A stretch of DNA of 64,000 bases from NCBI GenBank assembly GCA_038816475.1, contig JAWBAI010000003.1:62774-126773 (forward strand). Reading direction: 5' to 3'. The position numbers and the translations under genes were made by a program. The notes beneath the pieces are model-generated. The model was not told where the DNA came from and did no database searches. It saw only the letters and a program-made list of their open reading frames with translations. This document shows positions 10,271-20,204 of this stretch, piece by piece (within the stretch, counting starts at the first letter, position 1; each line of letters begins with the position of its first letter). The stretch comes from Desulfurococcaceae archaeon. Its GTDB lineage: Archaea; Thermoproteota; Thermoprotei_A; Sulfolobales; Desulfurococcaceae.

Positions 10271-11911
10271 TTACTCCACGACAAGTTTTTGAGCAAATAT
10301 AACGGTTGGATAGCAAGGATTAATAGCTTCATCAAGATTCTTAATACGAGTAGTAGCTACTCTAATATCGATCATATCCCATAGAGGTATGGCGGGAACA
10401 TCCATGTAAAGTATATACTGTGCCTTGTAGTATAGCTCAAGAGCTTTCGCGGGATTCAAGCCTTCGAGTCTATAAGCATCGATTATTATTGCATCAAAGG
10501 TCTGGTTTTCGTAGTAGCATAAATTAAAAGCCTTACTTTCACTATGAAACATGTTGTATAGGTATGTTATCGGTGAAAGAACATCGGGCCACCAGTAGAA
10601 TATGAACAAGTCTTGTACTTCCTCAGGCGTTTCCCATCCCTTTTGAGCTAAAGCCCACTGTTCTTCCCAGGACATAGGCTTTATTTCGACATTTATACCA
10701 ATCTTAGCAAGCGATGCCTTTATTATCTCAGCTGTTCGAGCTTCATAGATGTCACCAGCCGTATACACTAAGGTTAGTGTTCTTGGAATGCCATCCGGAT
10801 ATCCCGCTTCAGCTAGTAACCTCTTGGCAAGATCTAAATCGTAGGTATACGTTAAATTATCGAAGTGACCCCATAAACCGTATGGTATGGGACCACTAGC
10901 TACCCTAGCTAGACCCCCACGTGCTAATTTAACTATGTCTTCATATGGTATGGCATGCGCGATTGCTCTTCTCACGCGAGTGTCATTTAGCGGTGGCTTC
11001 CTGGTGTTTATCAACATTATCAAGTTCTGAAAGCTGGGTTTACGAACAACAACAAAATTCGGATCTCTTTCGAACAACTCAAGATCCTCGATTGGAACGT
11101 ACTGCGCAATATGTATCTCTCCGGCTCTCAGCATTCTACTCTGAGTTGCAGCATCTTTGATAACTTTAATAATGAATACGTCGGGTGCTTTATCAATAGA
11201 GGATCTCCATGGGTAATCAGGCTCTCTCCAACCCCACCACTCTTCCCATTTTTCAAGCACGACTTCAAATTCAGGGTCCCATTTAATTAGCTTATATGGT
11301 CCGCTGCCACACGCATTACCTCTATTAAACCACTCTGCAACTTTAGGATCAACAGAGTCGGTCGCATTGGCGTATTTTACCACGTTGGGGCAGAAGATGT
11401 ATGCAGAATAAGGAGATGCGGCAATTTTTAGTAATGGTGCGGGGTATTTGAGATAGAATCTAATAGTGTATTCGTCTATAACCTCAATTCTCTCCACAGG
11501 GTCCCATATATATGCTGCACCACCACCAAGTAATATTGTTCTGTTGATACTAAAAGCTACAGCTTCAGCATTAACAGGGGATCCATCGTGAAACTTGGCA
11601 CCCTTCCTGATATAGAAAGTCCAAACGGTACCCTCAGGATCGCTCTCCCACCTCTCAGCTAATCCTGGTATGAACTGATCTTTGAACGGATCATACCATA
11701 CTAATGTTTCATATACTAGCGGTAGCCACATTACTGAATTAGAGAACTCTGTACTGGGATCAGCTGTTGTCATTTCAGATAGAGAAGCGTAGATAACAGC
11801 TTTCTTTGGTAATGGTGAAGGCGCTCGAAGCCATATCATAAAGCCAGCTACTATACTAATTATCACAACTACTGCAATAACAGCTAGTAACAAACGCTTA
11901 AGTACGGTCAA
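10271..11911 (-). CDS. ABC transporter substrate-binding protein, family 5 (OppA/DppA-like), N-terminal membrane anchor
   Basis: Hydrophobic N-terminus, 'LVYETLV', 'PGLAERW', 'FHDGSP', 'GSGPYKL', 'RVRRAIAHAI'. Confidence 0.92.
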   Translation of the reverse strand: MTVLKRLLLAVIAVVVIISIVAGFMIWLRAPSPLPKKAVIYASLSEMTTADPSTEFSNSVMWLPLVYETLVWYDPFKDQFIPGLAERWESDPEGTVWTFYIRKGAKFHDGSPVNAEAVAFSINRTILLGGGAAYIWDPVERIEVIDEYTIRFYLKYPAPLLKIAASPYSAYIFCPNVVKYANATDSVDPKVAEWFNRGNACGSGPYKLIKWDPEFEVVLEKWEEWWGWREPDYPWRSSIDKAPDVFIIKVIKDAATQSRMLRAGEIHIAQYVPIEDLELFERDPNFVVVRKPSFQNLIMLINTRKPPLNDTRVRRAIAHAIPYEDIVKLARGGLARVASGPIPYGLWGHFDNLTYTYDLDLAKRLLAEAGYPDGIPRTLTLVYTAGDIYEARTAEIIKASLAKIGINVEIKPMSWEEQWALAQKGWETPEEVQDLFIFYWWPDVLSPITYLYNMFHSESKAFNLCYYENQTFDAIIIDAYRLEGLNPAKALELYYKAQYILYMDVPAIPLWDMIDIRVATTRIKNLDEAINPCYPTVIFAQKLVVE

Positions 11912-12071
11912 CGTGTGCCCTAAGTATGAGACTCTACTAAGGGTATTTAAATGTCATAAGAAAAGCATTAATAAAAGCATCAATAATGGAAGTTTCGAAA
12001 ACGATTAACAATGTAAAATCAAGCACCTCATTCACCAGATTAGTGCTATCATACGGTTTCATAACAATGTT

Positions 12072-13118
12072 TCATCTCATGCCTGTTCTTAAGAGCATGG
12101 CTAATTCCATGAGGTCTCCATGCACGTACTCGCCGTTTTCTATTATTAATTCACCATCGCATTCTACTGTTGGATTTAAGCAAACACCATCAGTATGAGA
12201 AGATGCAGGTCCTAGCTTTCCCCTAAATGTTGGAGACTGCGATCCAATACCCCATTCAACAACACCCCACACTCTTTCATCCTCCAGTATGTTACCAGAG
12301 AGCTTTGCTCCCGGGTTACAGCCATAGGATAAGTGAGCTATGTTTAGCATTTTCTCATCATTAAGCGACTTGATCCACTTTTCAAAGAGTCTTGCTTCAT
12401 AACCGCCTTCGATTTTTTTAATTTTACCTTCAATTACATGTAGCTTTATAGGAGTTTTTAAGATTCCAAGCTCTTCAGGAGGCCACACAGAACCATCAAA
12501 CACTATTACCCCATTTATACTATCTTCTACGGGCGCCCAATCCACCTGACCGAACAACATGTATTCACCAGGTCCATCTACTTCACCTTCCACGAGAACA
12601 GGTCGAGCTGGATCATTTTCGAATTCCACGTTCATACCAGCTGGACTTGTTATTCGCATTTTCTTGCATTTTTTTGTTATGCTTGATAACTTTCTCTGAA
12701 AGATGTACATGGCGTCCAAGTTCACTCTACCAATTGTTCTAACCATCATGTCACTGTACATACCCACAAGACACATATACTTTACCTTACCTGTTTCAAC
12801 AGCTTTCCAGTAGGGTGTTGAGTAGAGTAGCCAATTTCTGTTGTATTCTATCCAGACATCAGCTTCTCTTAGTATAGCTGTGAGCGTTTTTACTGGTAGA
12901 TACTTATCAGCAGCTATACCAACACCTATAGGTGTTTGGTGGAGCACTATAACTGGCTTAGCACCAACTATTGCTGTTGCTTCTGCCGTTGCTACAGCTA
13001 CATTCCAATCACCAGCTGTATCTATCGTTATTACAACTTCGTCTCCAGCAGACACTTTAAGTACGTCCTTCACTAATTTGTACGCAGCAGATAAAAGTTC
13101 GTAGTCTAGATACCTCAT
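12072..13118 (-). CDS. M29/aminopeptidase T-related metalloprotein (NicX-like / leucyl aminopeptidase-annotated family)
   Basis: 'ITSPAGM', 'GVIVFDGS', 'AHLSYGCNPGA', 'ILEDERVWG', 'SHTDG' match the thermophilic metalloprotease-like fold; true activity uncertain. Confidence 0.75.
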   Translation of the reverse strand: MRYLDYELLSAAYKLVKDVLKVSAGDEVVITIDTAGDWNVAVATAEATAIVGAKPVIVLHQTPIGVGIAADKYLPVKTLTAILREADVWIEYNRNWLLYSTPYWKAVETGKVKYMCLVGMYSDMMVRTIGRVNLDAMYIFQRKLSSITKKCKKMRITSPAGMNVEFENDPARPVLVEGEVDGPGEYMLFGQVDWAPVEDSINGVIVFDGSVWPPEELGILKTPIKLHVIEGKIKKIEGGYEARLFEKWIKSLNDEKMLNIAHLSYGCNPGAKLSGNILEDERVWGVVEWGIGSQSPTFRGKLGPASSHTDGVCLNPTVECDGELIIENGEYVHGDLMELAMLLRTGMR

Positions 13119-13157
13119 AGGATCGCCCCTATTTAATTAACGCGTTCTCCTTCTTTT

Positions 13158-13826
13158 CTAAGTATAGTGTTTTACGAGTTTTAATAAACTTACTATTAAA
13201 AGCGCACTTGCCTTAACCGGGTCTATTACTGGAACCTTAATTTCGTCCTCTAACTCTTCAGCCATACCACCAAAACCTGTACATCCAAGTACAAAAATAG
13301 CTCTACTTTCTTTAGAGAGAATGATCTTCATGGTATTTAGCAATAGCTCAGCTACTCTGTTTCTATCCTTATCAATATCTGTAACGCTAATAGGAATACT
13401 AACTATGTCGACTAAGTATTCTCTCAAATTGAGTCTATAAATTTTGTTCCACATCAGATCAAGGGCCTCTTTCATTAAGCTTACAGTTAAGACATATATT
13501 GGGCGTCCATATAATTTAGCTAATGTTAAAGAGGATTCACCAGCACCTAGCACTATACCTTTAGTTTCACGTCTTAACTCCTCTACCCCCGGATCTAGGA
13601 AGCAGTTAATGATTACACCATCATACTTGCTAACTACGGTTCTACCGACTTCTACAACTATGCGAGAAGCTTCTAGAAAAGCTTCGACTGTTTCAACAGC
13701 TGAAGGCCCTCTAGGGAGAGATATGACATCCACTTCCATGTATGAAGGTAAAAATCTCTTGTATAATGCTTTATCGGCTTCGTTCCACATGGAGTGCCCT
13801 ACAGGGTTTATAACAAGTATTCTCAT
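13158..13826 (-). CDS. Asp/Glu/hydantoin racemase family protein, second paralog
   Basis: VINP, NCFLDPG, LGCTGF, PVIDP. Confidence 0.87.
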   Translation of the reverse strand: MRILVINPVGHSMWNEADKALYKRFLPSYMEVDVISLPRGPSAVETVEAFLEASRIVVEVGRTVVSKYDGVIINCFLDPGVEELRRETKGIVLGAGESSLTLAKLYGRPIYVLTVSLMKEALDLMWNKIYRLNLREYLVDIVSIPISVTDIDKDRNRVAELLLNTMKIILSKESRAIFVLGCTGFGGMAEELEDEIKVPVIDPVKASALLIVSLLKLVKHYT

Positions 13827-14935
13827 TACGAAGGAACACCGAGTTCTTTCACTAGTTCTTCAACAGGTACATAGTCGTAATCAAACCCAAAACGCCTTGG
13901 TCCAAATAATTCAAGACCACGCGGAGTTCTCCAAACACTATGCGCTTTTGCCGCTATTCCATTAACAATCATACCTTCCTTGAGATCCGCGTTTGTTATG
14001 GGTGTGCCGTCGTCTGTTACTAGTATGAACAGATCTGGCGGCATTACGAGCGGTTTATCATCAAGCCATACCATGATATGTTCATTCATGATCCAGCTTC
14101 TAAGAACTCTATCTCTGTACACATTAATACCTCTTATAACAGCCTCGCCTTTTAAGAAACCCGCTTCATCACGCCATTTATAGCTTTCAACAATACCTTT
14201 AAATACAACCCAGCCTTCAAGTACTCTAGCAATTGTAGCTACAGGGTCACGTTTCCTAGCTCTAGCTCTTAACACCTTTGATCCGAGTCTAAAACACTTT
14301 GAGAGCGTAGCACTAATAACTGCCTTCTTAGCTTCCGTTTTCTTCATTGGTGTATCAACTACTGCTACGTATCTACCACTAAGTACTGAAAGATACCTGA
14401 CTATTGCCTCATAATCATCTATATCAGCATATTCCTTTACTAAGACTACATTGCCCGTTTCTGAGACTATTACTGAAGGATACATTGGAATCCCAAATAT
14501 GTGAACAGTACATTGATGCAACTCTGGAGCAGCTCTGCCAAGAAGATCTCCATCTACTGCTGGTATTCCTAGTTTAGCTGCAATGCTTAAAGCTACAGGG
14601 GTGTTAGCACCTCCAAGCTCGCTAGCTACAACTCCTGCTACTTTTACACCTAACTCTTTCTCCATAACTTCAAATGCTCTATTGATAGCGTTGGGTACCT
14701 TAATACTTTTCTTAGGCTTTAAACCCGGTGCTATTGATCCCACGTAGTATGGAACAACAATTACTCCATCATCTGGTAGCTCATCAAGGCTAACAATATT
14801 GATTACTTTGCCCTCTTCTAAAACACTCTTAAGTAGCAAGAGACCTTCTTTAGGATCACCTCCACCACCAGTGCCAAGGATTGTTGCTCCTAGAACAAGC
14901 TTCTCGGCATCATCAATACTGGTTATGGACCACAA
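13826..14935 (-). CDS. DUF917 family protein (S-methyl-thiohydantoin desulfurase-like fold)
   Basis: Signature LGTGGGG, ELGGAN, DGDLLGRAAPEL, NEH and PD motifs. Confidence 0.85.
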   Translation of the reverse strand: MWSITSIDDAEKLVLGATILGTGGGGDPKEGLLLLKSVLEEGKVINIVSLDELPDDGVIVVPYYVGSIAPGLKPKKSIKVPNAINRAFEVMEKELGVKVAGVVASELGGANTPVALSIAAKLGIPAVDGDLLGRAAPELHQCTVHIFGIPMYPSVIVSETGNVVLVKEYADIDDYEAIVRYLSVLSGRYVAVVDTPMKKTEAKKAVISATLSKCFRLGSKVLRARARKRDPVATIARVLEGWVVFKGIVESYKWRDEAGFLKGEAVIRGINVYRDRVLRSWIMNEHIMVWLDDKPLVMPPDLFILVTDDGTPITNADLKEGMIVNGIAAKAHSVWRTPRGLELFGPRRFGFDYDYVPVEELVKELGVPS

Positions 14936-15575
14936 AATTCACACCCATGTAAGAGTGGTTCAAGGTCTTTAAAATTTTGTAGAGGTGTACTTATTGAATT
15001 TACCATCACGTTAAACCATGCTAGGAAGGTAAAGGACTTAAGCGTACGCTAATGCTGATGTTCTGATGTGTTTACATCATGGAGATTTCTGAGAGCCGGT
15101 ATTTAACTGTTATCAACTTTCGCAGGGATCATACGAGATCTCAGCAAAGTTCCTAGAACACTAGCACGACTAGCACGGCAAAGAAGAATATACAATATCA
15201 AGGTCGGCTTCGGCATTTACGATTGTAACGTACTTAGGATAATGGCTATTAGCTATGTTCAATAAGTCCTCGTATCTTGTCTCGCTCGTTCTTAGTCAGA
15301 ACAACCCCTGGGCAAACACTACTGTTTTTCTCGAAGTTTTCATCATGAACTCCAAGGCAACCTACACATAGTTTTGAATACCGAAAACCCTAAGCTCAAG
15401 GAGAAACCGGAGATAGATGCTGGGGGATCAAAGCAAGACTACGAAGTCGTCATCACTCTACATGAATCACTATCAAGGCTGAACTTCTAACTGGGAGAGA
15501 TACGAAGACTCATAGTTTTTGATGATTGATTTTTAATATTTAGAGGACTCTAATATTTGAAGAAAAGGATAAGTC

Positions 15576-15970
15576 ATGCGGTTTAAACTATCATCTTACT
15601 TGTTCGTTGCCAGTGTTCTCACCCCCTTGCTGATGGTCACGTTTATCGGTGTTCTAGCTACTCGACCAGATCTACTACAAGAACTATCGCGGCTGGACGT
15701 TGTTGTGCTTGAACTCACGCTACCCTCTGATCTGAGGGAAAAGCTTACATCTACGTCTCGCCGATGTACCCTGAGGGTCTTAGGCAGGTGAGCAGAACGG
15801 TTGTAGACCCGGAGAACATGCCCGTGGAGAGGGCGATCCTCAGCCTCAGGGACCTCAGGGAAGCCTGGAGGAGGGAGTGGAAGAGAAGGGGGACATTCGC
15901 CGAGCCCCTTATTGTAATAACAGGGGTTCACGAGATCCAGCAAGGTTTTTGCACAGAGGGTCGAGTCTAG
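15576..15970 (+). pseudogene. Probable frameshifted, truncated fragment of a secreted/membrane protein gene
   Basis: ORF 15576-15791 begins with a signal-peptide-like segment; protein-like sequence continues in another frame (EGKAYIYVSPMYPEG...) and stops just before the tRNA 3' end. Family not recognised. Confidence 0.35.
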
Positions 15971-16003
15971 TGGGTCAAGGGCAATTAGGTGAGTGAAGAA
16001 TTG

Positions 16004-16078
16004 CGGGCCCGCCGGGATTTGAACCCGGGTCCTCCGGCTCCGAAGGCCGGCGCCCTTTCCAGGCTAGGCGACGGGCCC
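16004..16078 (-). tRNA. tRNA-Arg(TCG), no intron, CCA not encoded
   Basis: Reverse complement GGGCCCG...CCGGC-CTTCGGA-GCCGG...GGTTCAAATCC...CGGGCCC-G folds as a cloverleaf with anticodon TCG. Confidence 0.97.
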
Positions 16079-16163
16079 ATTGTTTTTACTTTAGCCTTTA
16101 AGGAGTAATAATTTAATCGATGATTCATTACTCAATTTTGGTAGCAAATTCGACGAGTGGTTT

Positions 16164-16763
16164 TTATGTGGTTTTGAACAAGTACTCCTTCGTAGTATAA
16201 CCCTCCTTTGTGAATACGAGTACGTCTACTCCATCACCGGAGAGAACATCTCTTTCTATAACGGTTTTTATGGCTTCTACGGCTATTTTCTCTGCTTCTG
16301 TGAGGTCAAGGTCTTCTTTGTACCTTGGTTCTATGTAGCCTAAGGCCAGCTGAGCCCCTGAACCGACAGCCGCGTACCTCTCTTCCAGTAGGCTTCCAAC
16401 AGGGTCTAGTACGAAGAGTGTTGGACCCTCTTCATCGTATCCTCCAACTATAACCTCAGTGAACATCGGGAAGAGCTTATAGCTGTAGAGTATTACTGAG
16501 AGTATCTTGGCTAAACTACGTGTTTTAAGCTCTTTTCCTTGTTGTAGCTCGTAGTGTTTTGCTTCCAGCTTAAGAATCTTGGTTAAGTAACCAATATCAC
16601 CTACTAATCCCGCAAAGGCAACTCCAGCTCTACTAGTAATTGGATACACCTTTCTTGCTTGTTTACTAAGTACGAAACCTTCATAAGCAACTCTTTTCTC
16701 ACTAGCTAATACCACACCATTTCTTGTTCTTATACCTATGGCTGTTCCTGGAATCGTTACCAA
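16164..16763 (-). CDS. psmB: Proteasome beta subunit (probably non-catalytic beta1 type)
   Basis: 'GVVLASEKR', 'AGLVGD', 'GSG', 'RDVLSGDG'; N-terminus PGTAIG lacks the usual TTT. Confidence 0.92.
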   Translation of the reverse strand: MVTIPGTAIGIRTRNGVVLASEKRVAYEGFVLSKQARKVYPITSRAGVAFAGLVGDIGYLTKILKLEAKHYELQQGKELKTRSLAKILSVILYSYKLFPMFTEVIVGGYDEEGPTLFVLDPVGSLLEERYAAVGSGAQLALGYIEPRYKEDLDLTEAEKIAVEAIKTVIERDVLSGDGVDVLVFTKEGYTTKEYLFKTT

Positions 16764-16903
16764 TTTAACCCCCAGGTCTTACAACGTGTTTAAAACTAAT
16801 AAAACTAATAAAACCCGCGTTATCTCTGAGAACAGCTTCACGATAAATACTTTCGCCGATCTCCCCGAGACTAGTTCGTTTCACACTCAGTATAAAGAAA
16901 ATC

Positions 16904-17548
16904 ATGGTGAAACATGGAATCGGTGAAAGAGTGAACTGTAGTGTATGTAAAGGACAACTGATATGGGACTACGAAAGAGGAGAAATAGTTTGCGCGAAGT
17001 GTGGTTTAATAGTGGATCAGCTGACTACATTGGAAGCTGAAGAGTACAGAGTACCAACAGCTACTCGAGACGACAACGTGATCAGGGGGTTGAAGAACGA
17101 GAAAAGAAGCGTAGTATCAAGCAAGCATAGGTACATGCTAAAGCTCTACAACGAGTGTAAAAGAATCGTTAAGAATAAACCATGGCTTGAGGTCGACTAC
17201 GATAAGGTGCTCAGAACAGGTAAGTTCGTTATGTCTATTCACGCTAAGGTTTCAACAGAAGTACGTAGAAACATAGAAATACTTGGGTATTGGGATATTC
17301 TTAGAAAAGGATTGGAATTCATAGGTTCTGTTAATCCAGCTTTTCTTGCAAGAACAGAGAGAAGCAAGTACGCGTTAGCCTACATTGTTGCTAGAAAACT
17401 AGAATCAGGAAAACACCCATCATGCGAGGAAGTAACAAGAATATTCAAGGTTAGTACTACGAGCTACAAAAGACTATGTGCACTAGCAAACAAGCTAATG
17501 GTAGCTGCTGATAAGCTACACGTAGGGCAATCTTTGAACAGCTCGTAG
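16904..17548 (+). CDS. TFIIB-type zinc-ribbon protein (short TFB-like)
   Basis: CSVC...WDYERGEIVCAKCGLIV zinc ribbon; helical C-terminal part. Confidence 0.75.
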   Translation: MVKHGIGERVNCSVCKGQLIWDYERGEIVCAKCGLIVDQLTTLEAEEYRVPTATRDDNVIRGLKNEKRSVVSSKHRYMLKLYNECKRIVKNKPWLEVDYDKVLRTGKFVMSIHAKVSTEVRRNIEILGYWDILRKGLEFIGSVNPAFLARTERSKYALAYIVARKLESGKHPSCEEVTRIFKVSTTSYKRLCALANKLMVAADKLHVGQSLNSS

Positions 17549-17622
17549 CAACTGCTCATGATAGATAATTAAAAGCACTGTAGAAGGTTACTTACCATTG
17601 AAGCATACTTCAGGTTCAGTGA

Positions 17623-18630
17623 ATGAAGCTGAAAACAAGCGTGAAAAACTACGAAGAGCTCTTTGCCTATGTAAATGAAAACCTGAAGAAGATGCGTAAA
17701 CGTGGTGAAGAGAGTTTTAGGGATTACATGGCTAGGAAACTGGATTACGTGTACCAGGTTGTAGTAAACGAGCTTAAGCACCTCGAGAGAATTTTGCGGA
17801 CCATTGAAGAATCCGGGGAATTCTACAGAGAGCTGTTCAAAGCGTACATAGGTGTAGAACCCGAGAACATCGTGTTAAAAACAAGAGTATACACTAGAAT
17901 AGCGCACCGAATATACAGAGAGGCTCAGCTTAAATTCAGGGAGATCGGAGAAAAGGAGGGTAGAAAAGCCTCTGAGGTGTTCAAGGAGAACGCGGGTAGA
18001 ATACTCTCACTCTACAAGAGACTTGCGAGAACATCACCACTAATCAACCAGTATCTAAGAGAGCTAGCTAAAATGCCCGATGTCAAAGGAGACTACGTAG
18101 TAGTAATAGCAGGTTTACCCCAGGTAGGAAAATCAACACTATTGTCGAAGCTGACTAGAGCTAAGCCCGAGATAGGAACTTACCCTTTTACCACTAAAAC
18201 ACTGATAGCAGGACACATGGATGTTGATGGCTATGGGAAGATAGTACTGCTGGATTCACCCGGTATTTTGGATACGCCGCTTGAGGATAAGAATCTTGTA
18301 GAGCTAAAGACTGTTCTAGCTATTAAGCATCTAGCGGATCACGTACTATACATCTTCGCGGTTTACCCCTACTTCTACTATACCCTTGATGAGCAACTAC
18401 GAGTCTATGAATCAATTACTAAAATCCTTGGGGACAAGCCCAAAACAATCGTTTTGAACAAGGTTGACTTAATGGAACCCCACTCTGTGGATGCTGTTGT
18501 AAAGAGAATAGAAGAACACACAGGAGTACCACCTATACTCATATCCGCTTTAACAGGGTTTAACCTGGAGCTCTTGAAGAAAAGTGTTCTCGAAGCTTTC
18601 ATGGCGAAAATCCAACGCCGGAAACAGTAA
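17623..18630 (+). CDS. NOG1/Obg-family GTP-binding protein
   Basis: G1 GLPQVGKS, G2 YPFTT, G3 DSPG, G4 NKVD, G5 ISA; helical N-terminal domain. Confidence 0.9.
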   Translation: MKLKTSVKNYEELFAYVNENLKKMRKRGEESFRDYMARKLDYVYQVVVNELKHLERILRTIEESGEFYRELFKAYIGVEPENIVLKTRVYTRIAHRIYREAQLKFREIGEKEGRKASEVFKENAGRILSLYKRLARTSPLINQYLRELAKMPDVKGDYVVVIAGLPQVGKSTLLSKLTRAKPEIGTYPFTTKTLIAGHMDVDGYGKIVLLDSPGILDTPLEDKNLVELKTVLAIKHLADHVLYIFAVYPYFYYTLDEQLRVYESITKILGDKPKTIVLNKVDLMEPHSVDAVVKRIEEHTGVPPILISALTGFNLELLKKSVLEAFMAKIQRRKQ

Positions 18631-19675
18631 CCACTCCAGGCTTATTTAGCTCTCCGTCGACTTTAACGCTGGCCTCGGGTAGAAACATTTTCGCGATCTC
18701 AATAGCTGTGAGCAAGTGCATGGTTATTCTAGCAACACCAGCTCTGCTAACTCCCTTTGCTAAGAACATGTAGGGTATCAGCATATCACCCATGTGCCTG
18801 TCGAAAGCCATACCTGTTTCGTAGTCTTCCACGAGGACTCTTGCAGCTTCTTCTCCTACAACCTCAGCTGGTTTTCCCTTTTCTCCTACAGCATCACCAC
18901 CGAGCCTAACGTGGTTAAAGGTTTCAACGTAGACTAGTATTCCGCTTCCAGGTCCAAGGTGAGGGTCTTTCTCGGGTGGATACGTTTCAATATCGACCTC
19001 GGGCTCTATACCGATAATCTTTCTGAGGATTTTAGCTGCAGCATCAGCTTGTCTTCTAGCTACGTGGTGTGGAAGCTTAACGCAGTGACTTATGATTCTC
19101 AGCGCTGTAGGTTTTGATCTCGATACTATATCAATTGGTTTCAGCGGTTGTTTTATGGGTTCTACGTAGAGTTCTACGAGACCTCCACCACGAGGATAGT
19201 GCCCACGTCTTTTTAGCTCTATGTCGAATTTAGCTCCAAAGAGCTCTAGATTGTACTTGAAAACGTGGATCATGTAGTCTACCGGGGGACTCATGGGAAC
19301 ATTTGTTCCACCTCTGATTGTTACATGCGAAGAGCAATCGCTCGCTAGCAGAACTGGTAGTATCGCTTGCACGACCAGCGATACACTCCCAGCGGTTCCT
19401 ATATCAAACGTGTAATCTCCACACAGTCTTGTACGAGGCTTAAAAACCAGTGACATGCTTCCAACTTCTGCGCCTTTAACCTCAGCGTTCGTGAGCACAG
19501 CAAGAGACCTAACGGCTGTAAGGTGCTGAGGGCGAAGCCCAGGGTTACCTCTTCGCGCTCTGATGTTGTATATTTCGAGAGGCTTAAGGGTTAGTGCTGA
19601 TAGTGCCAACGCGTATCTCAGTATTTGTCCTCCGCCTTCACCTATACTACCATCTACTCTTACTGGAGTGTTCAT
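18599..19675 (-). CDS. rtcA: RNA 3'-terminal phosphate cyclase
   Basis: GEGGGQILR, GLRPQH, RGHYPRGGG, catalytic His in 'ITMHL'. Confidence 0.95.
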   Translation of the reverse strand: MNTPVRVDGSIGEGGGQILRYALALSALTLKPLEIYNIRARRGNPGLRPQHLTAVRSLAVLTNAEVKGAEVGSMSLVFKPRTRLCGDYTFDIGTAGSVSLVVQAILPVLLASDCSSHVTIRGGTNVPMSPPVDYMIHVFKYNLELFGAKFDIELKRRGHYPRGGGLVELYVEPIKQPLKPIDIVSRSKPTALRIISHCVKLPHHVARRQADAAAKILRKIIGIEPEVDIETYPPEKDPHLGPGSGILVYVETFNHVRLGGDAVGEKGKPAEVVGEEAARVLVEDYETGMAFDRHMGDMLIPYMFLAKGVSRAGVARITMHLLTAIEIAKMFLPEASVKVDGELNKPGVVTVSGVGFSP

Positions 19676-20201
19676 CCGTGCACAACCTTCTTACTCTTTC
19701 AACACCTCTGATCTCGTCAATGAACTCCACTACCACGGATGGGACAAGCTCTTTCCATGCATCGTTACCCATTATCATGAGATCTCTTATTCTTGTTCCA
19801 TGGTACTTCTCAGGCTCCACTAGTCTGATCTTCTTTACTTTAAATCCCAACCACTCAAACAGGTACAATGTCTGAGGATTTCCTGATGCTACGGCTTCTA
19901 CTGGTGGAACCATCGATAAGACGTAGGCAGACCATGCTGGAGGCATGTTTATGTCTGGAATGGTAGTTATCCAAACTCTGTTCCTTATACCTTCGCGAAC
20001 TACGAATCTTGCTATCATCTCGAATCTTTCACCGGCTGTAAATGGGTTTTTGCAGGTGAACCCTTCTTGGGAACTACCAATAGCTACAATAACCTCGTCA
20101 AACTCTGATAGAAGCTGTTCTAGAGCAGCCTGATGCCCTAAGTGGAAAGGCTGAAATCTACCTGGGAAAAGCACTCTCCTAGTATTCATATTATCAGCCA
20201 T
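19647..20201 (-). CDS. nadM: Nicotinamide-nucleotide adenylyltransferase
   Basis: GRFQPFHLGH, NPFTAGER, 'GTRIR'. Confidence 0.93.
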   Translation of the reverse strand: MADNMNTRRVLFPGRFQPFHLGHQAALEQLLSEFDEVIVAIGSSQEGFTCKNPFTAGERFEMIARFVVREGIRNRVWITTIPDINMPPAWSAYVLSMVPPVEAVASGNPQTLYLFEWLGFKVKKIRLVEPEKYHGTRIRDLMIMGNDAWKELVPSVVVEFIDEIRGVERVRRLCTDEHSSKSRW

Positions 20202-20204
20202 GCA

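Noticed and set aside
16791-16814. TAAAACTAA tandem repeat
   Set aside because: Under three units, located in an AT-rich promoter; no spacers, so not CRISPR.
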